Source: Cyanophora paradoxa CCMP329 (lineage: Eukaryota; Plantae; Glaucophyta). From it: a stretch of 64,000 nt of DNA. Location: positions 1-64,000 of the forward strand of contig QPMI01000159.1 of NCBI GenBank assembly GCA_004431415.1. The letters run 5' to 3'. Made by a program: the position numbers and the translations under genes. Every line of letters begins with the position of its first letter. The stretch's first letter is position 1. The notes below the pieces were generated by a model that had not been told where the DNA came from, made no database searches, and was given only the letters and a program-made list of their open reading frames with translations. Below, one piece after another: positions 38,108-49,467 of the stretch.

Positions 38108-41030
38108 AGGAGCGGGTAAAGAGAGTGAGGCCATTACAGGGTCTTTTTTATCCTGTCTCTTATATCGTTTGAGGTCCTCGATGTCGTCGACTATGTAATT
38201 ATGTATCTTATACCCTGCATTTTGTATCTTGTTTATTGTAGCTCACTGGAGGCCGTCTCATAAGGTCTCTTGAATCTTGTGTATGTGTCCTGCATCTCAC
38301 ACACGCGGACCTCGACGACGTCGACGACGACATATCACATATCTTTTGAGGACCTATTGTGACTTGTATCTTATATCCCTTGCATCTTGTATCCCTTTAT
38401 CTTATATCCCTTGTGTCTTATATCTTGGCGGACCTCGACGTCGTCGACGACGAGTATGTGGAGGGCCTCGGTCCGCGACGCGCTCCGCCCCTTGCCCCCG
38501 GCCCCCCGGCCCCGGCCCCCCGCCCCGCCCTCTGCTGCCGGGCGGCCGGCCAGCGTGAGGGGAGAAGAAGGGGGGGGGGGGGGGGGGGGGGGAGCAGCGG
38601 GGCGCACCGGAGGGGGAGGAGGAGGAGGAGGAGGCGAGGGCGCTCATGGAAGCGGGGGCCTGCCGCTGCGCCCGGCCTGCCCCGCCCCGCCCCCGTCAGG
38701 CCGAGCGCGAGGAGGAGCCGCGGGGGCGCCGGCCTCTCCATCGCAATGCTGTAAGACGACAGCGAGATCTATCACTTCTAGCGCTCCGTCTTATGTCAGC
38801 GTTTTGGAGGAGGAGAAGTGTAGGGCGGGAGCGGGTCCCGTCGCTACTGTTGCGGGGCCTTCTAATCGCGCGGGGGTTCTCTGCGAGGGGGCCTTCTAGA
38901 GCGCCACCGTGCCTCTCACGCGCGATAGGAAGCTTAAGAAGATTAGAAGGCATCACGTGCGGGGGCGCACTGCTGGGACCCTTGAAGGAGTTGCCGGAGG
39001 AGGAGAATACGTCAGCGGGGCCCCAGGCGCCCAGGGCGGGGCCCCCGGCGGCCCCGGCCCCGGCCCCGGCGCCGGCGGCGGGGCCGGCGAGGTGCAGGTC
39101 CGGCATGGAGGCGATGGCGGGGCCCGGCGCGGGGCTCGCCGGGCTCCCCGGCGAGGCGGGGGCGGCCTCCGGGGGTACGAGAGCGCCGAGTCGGGGGTGG
39201 CGGAGCCCGGCCCGGCGCCGGCGCCGGCGCCGAGGCCGCCCCGGAGGGCCCCCGCAGCCGCCTCCGACTCGCGCAGCTTGTCGATCTTCGCGAGGAGCAG
39301 CGGCTTCCGCAGCGGCTGCAAGGGCGTCGGCGAATTTCGAAGAAAGGGGAAAAAGGGCTCCGGCGGGATTCGAACCTTGGAGAGGTACTCGTCCATGCCG
39401 GCCGCGAGGCACCGCGCCTCGTCCTCGGCCGTCGCGTTCGCCGTCAGCGCCACCACAAAGTGCCGCTGGGGGGTACAGGGTTGGAGGGGCGGGGGGTAGG
39501 GGGGAGCGAAGAAGGGAGCGGGGGTACCGGGAGCCCGCGCTGGGCCTCGAGGGCGCGGAGGGCCCCCGTCGCCTCGTACCCGTTCATCACCTGAGCGGCG
39601 GTTGGGCGCCGCACCCGGAAGGGAGGGGGGTACATGGGACCGACGCACCGGCATCTGCGGGAAGAAAGGACGGGCGACGAGCGGTGAGGCAAGGAGGGAG
39701 CGGCGTGAGCGGGCGAAAGAAAGAAAGAGGGGGGGGAAGGGGGGGGGGGGGTAAGGACCTCGCAGTCCATGAATATGACCTGTCCGGGGCGGCGACAGAG
39801 TCGGAGCAGTCAGAGGCGGCATCAGAAAGGAGGGCGGGGCGGGGGCGGGGCGGGGCGGGCGGGCGGACGTCGAAGGCGGGGCGGCCCGGGGGCGCCGCCT
39901 CGAGGCGGCCCGGACGGCCGCGAGGGCCCGCTCCCCGTCGTCCGCCACGGCCACCTGAGCCGATCAGGAGGGAAGGGGAGGGAGGGGGGGGGGAGGGGAG
40001 GGGGGGAGGAGGGGGGGTACGCACGGAGTGGCCGTCGCGGGAGAGCATGGAGGTCAGCACGCGCGCGTTCACCGCGTTGTCTGCCCGCCCCCCGCCCGCG
40101 TTGAGAGGGGCGGGAGGTATGGCGGGAGGGGGGGCGGGTCGGGGCTAGGGCGCTCTAGCTCTAGATCTAGGTCTAGGTCTAGGTCGCCGGAGAGCGGGCG
40201 GTGCGGGCGGCCTCTGCCACCCTCTGCCACCCTCTGCTGGCTGTGAAACCCTCTGGAACTAGATCGCTGCGGGCCTTTAGAAGGGGGGGCGGGGCGGGGG
40301 GCCCCTTTACTGTACCCTCGACGACGAGGATGGAGAAGGGGCGGCCGGGGGGGCGCAGGCGGCCCGTGGAGGACCCCGGCTTGAACGAGTCCGAGAGGCC
40401 GGCGCCGCCGCCGTCCAGCCCGCTGAGCACCCCGCTGCCGGGTGCCGGGCGCCGCGTCAGCGAGCTAGAAGGGGAAGGGGGTTTAGGAGCAGTTGTCGGA
40501 TTGCAATTGTCCTCAGAGAGGAGGGCGCGTGGGGTGGCGCGGGTGGGCAGTGGGAGAAGCCCTTTGGAAGAGGAGGGGGCCCGCGAGATCCCAAGTGGAG
40601 AGAAAGGCAGCGGAAAGCACTCGGCCGTTCTCTCCTAGACGGAAGGAGGCGTCTAGTAGAGAACGAGACAGCGGGTACGCCAAAAAGAGCGTAGACGGGT
40701 CCCTCCCGGGTGGCCGGCGGCGTCTAGCCTTCTCTGCCCGTGCCGCCCGGCCCGGCCCGGCCTCGGGGGCCTCCCCCGCACCTGAAGGAGACGCGGGAGC
40801 GCGCGGCGTCGAGGTCGCGGCCGAGCGTCCCCGAGGAGAGCGTCGACTCCCGCGGCGTCGCCAGCGCCAGCTGCCGCCTGCCCCGCCGCCCGCCCCGCCC
40901 GCTCAGAGGCCAGCATCACAGAGCCGAGCGGGGCGGGGCGGGGCGCGGCGGGCGCACGCGCTGGGGTCGGAGACGCCGGCCGCCGCCTCGTGGGCTCCCG
41001 GCCCGGGGCGAGGGAGCCCAGGCCCGACAT

Positions 41031-41080
<50 letters not shown>

Positions 41081-44000
41081 CGGGGGCCCCAAGCAGAAGA
41101 CCCTCGCTCTGCCCCCGCCGCCCGCTCAGAGACGAGAAAGAGAGGCGAGGAGGGGGCGGGAAGCTTTGAGGGGGCGCACGGCGGGGCGGCCGCGGATTGA
41201 GGGCGAGCGGGCGGCGGCGTCGGTGTAGAGGAGAGAGCCGGAGGCGAGGACGGGCGGCGAGGGCGACACGACGAGAGAGGCCTCCGAGCGGGGCCCGACC
41301 CCGGCGCCCTCGCCGCCGCCGCCGCCGGGCGTTCCCCCCTCCTCCGCCGCCTCCAGGGGCGCGGGGCGGAAGGGCATGTGGAACCAGAAGGTGGAGCCCT
41401 GCGCGGGCGTAGCGCAGGGCTTAGAAGCAGCCAGAAGAACGAACTGGCAGGACGGGCCTGGCCGACGCGGGAGGTGCAGCCGATGTCGCCGCCGGCGCGG
41501 AGGACGATCTCGCGGGAGATGGCGAGGCCGAGGCCCGTGCCGCCGGGGTCGGGGGCGCCCCCGGGCAGCCGACGCACACGGAAGAACCGCGTGAAGAGCT
41601 GCGCGGGGCCCGGGCGCGGCGTTGTTAGGGTCGGGAGGGGGCGGGCGGGCGGGGCGGGTCGGACCTGCGCCTGGGACTCGGCGTCGATGCCGGGGCCCGA
41701 GTCCTGCCGCCCCGCCGGCCCCGCCAAGCGTCAGCTTCAAGCGGGGGAGCGCGGCTCGGGAACCCTCGAGGCGCAGCTCTCTACAGCCCGGGGCGGGAGG
41801 GAGGGGGAAGGGCGGCGCGGAGACCTGGATCTCGAACATGACGGAGACGGCGCCCGGCTCGATGGCCGCCGCCTCGCGCACGTACACCCGCACCGCCACC
41901 TCCCCCTGCCGGAGGGAGAGAGACGAGGGTCGCCGCGGGCGCCCGAGCGGGGGCGCCGGGGGCGGGGCGGGCTTTCCCTGCAACGAATCTCCCTAACACT
42001 AGGAAAAGATGTGATTCTTTGACGAACCTGGTTGGTGTACTTCACGGCGTTGCCCACGAGGTTGAGCATCCTGCGGGAGGAGGCTCGACGCGGCGGCGCG
42101 GGGCGAGCGGCGAGCGGCCGCGTACACTTGTCGCAGGCGGTCTGCAGGGGCGCGTCGGCGCGGCGGAATCGGGAAGGACGAGGGGAAGGAAGGGGGGGGG
42201 GGGGGGGCGGACCGGGGTCGCCGGAGACGACGGGGGTATGCGCTCGTCGAGGGCGATCCCCAGCCGCACGCCCTTGTCCGCCGCCTGCGGGGCGGGCTCG
42301 AGCGGGCGGGCGGGCGGGCGGGGGGGGGGGGGGGGGGGCTGGCGCCTTCTGCTGGACGATCTTGACGGCCGTCTGCGCCGCCGCCCGCACCGACATCGGC
42401 ACGCTCTCTGCAATCCAGCCGCGTCAGCGACGAAGGAAGGAAGAATGAGAGGCGGGCGCGGGGGGTACGGGCGCACGGAGCTCGATGGCGCCGGCCTCGA
42501 TCTTCTGGAGGTCCAGCACGTCGTTCACCTGCGCGCGGGCTCAGCCGAGGAGGAGGAGGGCGGGGGGAAGCGGCGGGGCGGCTCGCTCGCCAGGGAGAGG
42601 AGGTGCTCGCCGGAGAGCGCCGCCGCCTCCACGTACTCAAACGCTGCGCGGCGTAGTGGGCGGGGCGGAGGCGGAGGCGGGGGCGGGGCGGGCGGTGCAA
42701 GCAGCGGTGACGGTGGCGGGCGGTGCTAGCAGCGGGCGGTGCTAGCAGCGGTGCTAGCCTCCACGTACTCGAAAGCTAGGGCGGCGTAGTGGGTGGGCGG
42801 AGGCGGAGGGGGCGGGGAGGCGGGGCGGGGGGCGGTGGGGCGGAGGCTCCGGCGGGGCGGGGCCCGGGGCGCACCGTCGGACGGGAGCTCGCACTCGCGC
42901 GCCAGCTGCAGCATGCCTGGAGCGCGGCGCGGCGCGGCGCGGCTCGAGCCGGGGCGGGGCGGGGCGGCGGAGGTGGGCAGGGGGGGAGGGAAGGCGCGCA
43001 CCGAGGATGCCGTTGAGTGGCGTGCGCACTGCAAAGAGCGCTCACAGCTCAGGTGGGGGCGGGGGCGGAGGGGCGGGGCGGGGGCCGGGGCGGGGCGCGC
43101 TCTCGTGGGACATGGTGGCGAGGAACTTGCGCGTCTCCTCGCTCCGCACCTCGATCTCCAGCTGCGCCCGCCCCGCCCCGCCCCGGCTCGGCCTCAGGAA
43201 CCCGACCAAAGGGAGGAGGGGGCGGGGTAGGGTGGGGCGGGAGGGGAAGAGAGGGGGCGGGGCGGGGCGGGGCGGGCGGACCTTGGTCTTGCGCTCGGCG
43301 AGGAGGGTCTTCAACAGCGCCGTCTCCGTCGACGAGAACTCCCGGAACGCCAGGAACCTGGGGGGGTACGCTCTCAGGGGAGGTAGGGGGCACGGGGGGC
43401 GCGGGGCCCGCTCGCCTCCTCTGGAGGTCTCCGACCTGAAGGGGGGGGGGGGGGGGGGGCGGAGCCGCGCGCGATCGGTCCCGGGAAGGGGAAGGGGTAG
43501 GGGAGTTCAAGGGGGTACCGCGTTCTCGAAGGCGACGAGCTCCGCGAGACCGGCGCCCAGCGCCATCGCCTGCCGCTGCTGCGGGAGGAAGGGACGCGCG
43601 CTCAAGGGGGGAAGGGTAAGAGGGGTACGGGGCGCCGGGGGCCGCACGGCGCGCTGGCCGGCGGACTGCGCCGCTGCGCCGTCGAACTGCGAAGGGCGGG
43701 CGGGCGGGGCGTGTGTCAGAGGCCCCGCCGGCGGCGCCTGGGCCTCGCCGCGGGCGACCCCCCGCACCTCCTCCGTATCCGATGTGGCGTTGGACATCGT
43801 CGTCGCCACGGAGCCGTGCCGCTACGCGCGCGCGGGATCGGCGCGGGCGGCGGGCGGCGCGGCGCGCCGGCGCGTCTGTCATCGTGCGCGCACCGTCGGA
43901 CGACGGACGGTGTGCGCCTGGGGGCGGGCCGGCGGCGAGCAGGCGGGGCGCGGCCGTCAGAAACGCAGGCCAAGCCACGCGAAGCGAAGCGGGGCGGGGC

Positions 44001-46946
44001 GAGCTGGGCGGGGCCGCGCGGGCGCACGAGCGGCCGAAGCGGATGCCGAGCCACGATCGGCGGGCCCCCGCGTGCGGATTCGCCTCCGCAGGCATCGCCG
44101 CAGCCGCCGCCTCCGCCGCCTGCGCGCCGGCTCAGCGCCGCGCGAGCGCTCGAGCTCTGGGGCGGGGGCCCGGGTGCGGGGCGCGCCGCCTCGATGGCGA
44201 TGGCCGGGGCCGGGGCCGGGAAGCCGGCCATGGAGGGCGGCGCGATCCGCGGCCCGTCCCCCTGCGACCCCGGCGTCGCCCCCTGGCCCCCGTTCGGCCG
44301 GTCAGAGCACGGGGAGGAGCGTGGGTTGGGGGAGCGGGGGGGTACGCGCACGTTCTCGGTGCTGGCGCGCTGGAGCTGCTTGTCCCTCTTCATCTCCCGC
44401 GTCGTCTTCGTGATCGTCTGGAGGGGGTACGGGACTGAGGTGCTGGGGGAGGAGGGGGGGGAGGGGGGGGGTACCTCGACGAGGACGCGGATGGAGGCGC
44501 GCAGCTCGGAGAGGGGCTGCGGGGGCGCTCAGGGCGGGGGCGGGAAGGGGGCGGGGGCGGGGGCTGGCCTTGGAGATGCGCCAGGCGAAGACAGCGGATA
44601 CGGCGACGCAGAGGACGAGCCACAGCGCGTTCGCCACCGCCGTCCACCGCGCCGACTCCTGCCGCGGCGCGGTTCCGAGGGCGGAATGAACGGGATGGGG
44701 GGTAGGGGGTAGGGGCACCTGCAGGCGGGAGAGGACCTCGGACTGGGGTACCGCGATGTACCTGCAGGGGGCAGTGAGGCGGAGGGGGGGGCGCTGCTCA
44801 AGAGGGGCGGGGGCGGGCGGGCGGGCGCGCATTTGCCAGCGAAGGTCCGGCGACATGGAGATGGACTCTGCGGTGGAGGGAAAGAGGGAAGGAGGAGGGC
44901 GCTCAGGAGCGGGCGCGCCTTGGGGGAGGGGGGGGGGAAGTGGGCGGGGGTACCGCGAAGGACGAAGTAGGACCTGCCACCGCTGCCGGCGGTGATGAGG
45001 ACCCCGCCGGCCCCCGCCGCGCTCCCGTCCTGCCCCCCCGGCCAGCCCCCCGCGTGAGTCACGGGACCGAGATCTGATGGTGGGGGGTACGGCGTGGGCG
45101 CGCACGGCGGCGCCGGCGATGTCACGGATGGTCTGGGAGGGGCTGGCCGAGGCGGGGTACGGGGCGTTGGCCGTGGTGTTGTAGATGTCGGCGAGCTGGG
45201 CCGTCGAGGAGGCCAGCAGCGCCCCTGCGCGTGCCGCGCGCCGTCGGGCCGGGCGGGGGCGCGATCGGCTCGAAGCTCAAGCTCAAGGGCGGCACCGGCG
45301 CTGGTGGTAAGGAAGACGTAGGAGCCGGGGAGGGGCGCCAGGCCGGCCAGCACGCGCGAGAGCTGCCCGATGTTCACGTTCGCCTGCGCACCGCCCGCCG
45401 CGTTCGCCTGGGCAGGAGGCGGGGCACGAGGGGAGCGGGGGTACGTGCGCACGCCCACGCCGCCGAGGCGCTCGCCCGCGGTGAAGGCAGAACTGGGGGG
45501 TACGCGCAAAATCAGGTGATCCGGGGGGCGGGAGGGGGGTGCGGGGCCGGGGCGGGGGACGGGGCGCACGAGGCGGGGTCGACGGCGGGGGCGGCGGCGT
45601 CCGGCGCGGGGGCCCGGAAGACCGCAGCGAAAGTGACCATCAGGTTCGCCAGCTGGTCGGCCTGCACAGAGAGGGAGGGGTTCATCGAGGCGCAGGCGGC
45701 CGGCCGGGGGGCGGGGCGGGGGGTACCAGCGGGTTGTTGGAGAGCCGGACCGAGGTCCACGTGGCGTTGTTGGGGGAGGCCATCAGGACGGGGTACCTGT
45801 TTCCGGGACGGTGAGGGGGGTAGGGGTATAAATAATGGGGGAAGGGGCGGGGGCGCACCAGTCGTTGGGGCGCATACGGAAGACAGAGGGGCCGGACTGA
45901 GGCGGGGGCGCTTCAGGGGTACGTGGTGCGGCGGGAGGGAGGGGGGGCGGGAGGGGAGGGGGTACGCACGACGAGGCGGATGGGCTGGCCCCGCCCGTCG
46001 GAGGAGTGGGCCATGAATGTCGTGCCTGCAGGCCGGCCCCCCCTCGGCAAGGGCGGGGGCGCGCGCGCGCGCCAGACAGGGGGTACAGGGTGCGCACCCG
46101 AGAGGTTGTAGGACTGGTAGCCGTAGGGGCAGACGGGGGTACCCTGGGGGCAGCGCTGTACCCCGTAGAGGTCGGTGGCGTTCCAGTAGATGTAGTTGCT
46201 GAGGACGGCGGGGTACAGGTCGAGGTTCTGCTTGAGGGTGGCCCACGTGACGCGCCAGACGCCCAGCGAGACCCGCCCGGCTTCGAGGTCCGCCACGGTC
46301 CGCATCACGAGCCGCTGCGCGTACTGCGCGGCCACGGCGAGCCCGGCCGATGAGCACGCACACTGCGGGATGGGGAGGGAGGGGAAGCGGGGCGCGCCTG
46401 CAGGTGGTGCTCGACCTGGACGCGGATCTCGCGCTTGATGCCCGTCATCAGGCTCTCCACCAGCACCTCGTGGCCCCGCAGCTGCGCATGCGCGGCGCGC
46501 GCGCGCTCCTCAGCCGCGCCGCGCTGGCCATGGGACGCCGGACGCCAAGTCGTGAGGGGCGCGCGCTCGGGACGCACCGCGAGGAAGTACGTTAGGCCCC
46601 AGCTGAAGGCGACCGCGCCGGCGACCTGCAGGATGGCGAGGACCACCGACACGCTCCGGATGCTGACCCAACGCGACCCGCGCCCCCGCCGCTGCTTCTT
46701 CCGCGCCGCCGCGGCCGCCGGATGGCTGGCAGACGCCTCCCGCACATTCAGCGGGGCCTGCAGCGGTGTTGGATCTGTGCGCGCATCGAAACTTTAGCCG
46801 AGCGACGCTGCGCCCGCGCGCCGGAGGTGGGCGGACGCGCCATGGCCGTCCCGCTGGAGCCCGGTCGAAGGCGGCGCGGTGGGCGGCAGTTGTGTAGAGA
46901 AAGAGAGCGCTGCTTTAGGGGATGACGGGCCGCCCGGCCCGGCCAT
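36503..46946 (-). CDS. Membrane-bound hybrid sensor histidine kinase with extracellular sensor, HisKA, HATPase_c and two receiver domains
   Basis: TM1 [25 protein letters not shown]2 [16 protein letters not shown]; H-box [17 protein letters not shown]; [10 protein letters not shown]; DSGPGI; [10 protein letters not shown]; REC1 ILVVE|DNAVN..IFMDCE|MP|VMNGYE..ALTAN..K|P; REC2 ILVVDDVE|MNRR..IFMD|[11 protein letters not shown]; stop 36503; start uncertain. Confidence 0.92.
37551..37649 (+). mobile_element. Retroelement copy 3: ~100-bp 3' fragment in an intron of the histidine kinase gene
   Basis: Reverse complement of the 3' end of copies 1 and 2; A15 tail; TSD ATAAATA (37546-37552, 37649-37655). 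Confidence 0.9.
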
Positions 46947-47516
46947 GCCGCCACCGCCACCCGCGTCGGCCCGGGCGGCGAAGCGATGCAAATAGCTCCG
47001 GGAGCCGCGCTGCGGCTGCGCGCGAGGGCTGCCGTTCGTGGGCGGAACTTCGGAAGCTCACCCTGACGGTCTAGACAGCTATATAATAGCTAGCTAGATC
47101 GTGCGCATGCGCGTAACTCGGCCGCTGCTGCTCTGCTCCGTTGCTCCGCGCACAGCATTTCTCTCCCCCTAGCTAGGCTGGGTCCCCCCCCCCCCTGCTC
47201 ACAATTGCAATTTCCAATTTCCAAGCCTTTGTTCGATGACGTCGTCACAAGCCGCGTCCCAGCGCGCCATTGGCGGCAATTTGGCGCGGCTTGCTACTAG
47301 TTGCTAGGAGGTTGCCGAGCGATCCGCATTCATTTGAATCGTTGATACCGGTGGTCTGGACCGTCGGTACGTACTGTACGCGTTAATCATTGAATCGGCC
47401 TTGGGGGGGAGGGGGGGGGTAAAGGAGAGGCCCTGGTTGGCGTCGAGTCGTCGACTCGCGATCGATCGGCGACTTCGAATTCGTTTTCCGAAGTTCCGGT
47501 TTTCAAGTTTTAGATC

Positions 47517-49270
47517 TTTTTTTTTTTTGAGAGACTACGGTGGGGCGAACCCCCCGTAGGTAGTGATATTAAAGACAACAAAGCAATCACAAATCAAAGA
47601 TACAGTAAACTAGCACAAAATATATACAGAATCAAGAGGGATCACGAGAAGGGACACGATCAGAAGAACGCAAAAGATAAGGAGAACGAGCACGAGGAGA
47701 AGGAGTAGAAGAGCTCAAGGGCGTCGATGCAGAAGTACTAGTCACACTAGAACGACGAGGAGCACGGGGACGCAGCAAATAAGGAGAACGAGCACGAGGA
47801 ACTACAGTCGAAGACGAAGATCTAGACGAAGACGACAAGACAGAGCTAACAGCAGAACTAGAAGACGTAGTCGCAGGAGGCAAAGGCGGTAGAACAGTAG
47901 GAGAGGCGAAACGTAGGACACCACTAGAGGGAAAGTCGAAGCTGGCGGAGTGTCTAAACGGAATCGAGATTGTAGAGTTGGTAAAACAATGGACGGCTGA
48001 AGACTAATCTGAGGAACTGGGGACGACACGAGGAAAGGGGCAGAGCTCGGGTGCAGACTCGGAATCGGCAGTATAAGAGGAGGGCGAAACGCAAGCCAGT
48101 AGTGACAGGGAAGGCAGACGATGGGGCTGAACCAGGCGGGAGAGGCAAATATAGCGAAGTAGAAGAGAGAGAAGGGTACACACGAGGAACGTCACCATAC
48201 ACAAAATACTCGCTGCCAAAAACTATACGGTCTGACGGTCGCTGAAGATAAAGAGGCGGAACTGCCTGAGGGCTAACAGTGAGAGATGGAGGAGGAAGAG
48301 GCAGAGCTAACGACAAAGGGAACGGAATCAAAGGTACAGGGAAGGCATGGAATACACGAGGAACTGGAAGGTGGAGGGGGCCAGTGCTCCTAACTAACAT
48401 CGATGAAGCATCTGATGGAGGTGACGGCAAAACAACTGAGGGTAAACTAAGTTGAGGTGAAGCGAAGATTGATACAAGACTATCATGAATCAAAGGGGGC
48501 CATGCAGGAACCGGCGGGCGAGGTGGATCTGGCGGGACAGCCAGAGGGAAGCCGAAGGTACAGGAGAGGAAAGCCGCAGGCGCCGAGACACATGGACAGG
48601 GGACGGATCGGCATCGGGAGGCAAGGTTGAATTCGACGGAGACCGGGGCGGCGGATTCGTGAAACGGAAGGTATCAGAGAAGGACTAGGGGGGGCAGGGA
48701 AGTACGGAGCCGCTGAGCAGGTGGCGACGGTGAGGGTGCAGGGGAGCGAATCCGTCGCAAAGTCGGAACAGGCTGACGGGGCTCGGCATATGTAGCCGCA
48801 GCTGCAGGAGCTGGAGCAAGCACTGGGGTGCCGGATCCGGAGACTGGAGGCGGGGGCGCTGGGCAGGAGGCACAGGATCTGGAGGATTCTCTGAACTAGA
48901 GGGGTTCGAGGTCGGCGAACGCCACGGGCGTTAGCAGGATGTTTATCAGCCCGAACATGACGGTCACGATCAGCAGAAGACTGAAAGTTCTTCCCACAAA
49001 TAGGGCATATTAATGTGGAGGCAGAAGCGGCGCTAGCGCTAGCATCGGCAGACGAGCTCAAACGAGAACTCGAGGGAGCCGGGACCGAAGCTGTATCAGC
49101 GCTAGCAGATGGCCTCGCAATGTGCTGAACTTGAGGATTCACGCCGACGCCATTAACTGTAGCAGCAGGCCTAGGGGTAGCGACTGCAGGGGGGCCCGGG
49201 ACCGCGACTGCTGGGGGGCCCGAGCGCTGTAGAGGGATAGCTCCGCGCACAGAAAAGAAGCTCGCATCAA
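47517..49270 (-). mobile_element. Retroelement copy 2 (~1.75 kb, more 5'-truncated than copy 1)
   Basis: T12 at 47517-47528; collinear with 33813-~35564; differences are mostly single-base indels in homopolymers. Confidence 0.9.
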
Positions 49271-49467
49271 TCGGCCTTGGGGAATTCGACTTCTGGGTTT
49301 TTATAAAATTAGATACCGGTGGCCATGGCCATGGCCCGCGGTGAGCGCGGTGCATGCATATGGGCCCGCGGCCGCAGGGTAGGCGGCCGTAGGCCCGCGC
49401 GCGACTTGAGAGACTTGTTGAGGACTTGCCGTGTGGAGGTCGCGCGATTCGAATATTAACTCGCGGC

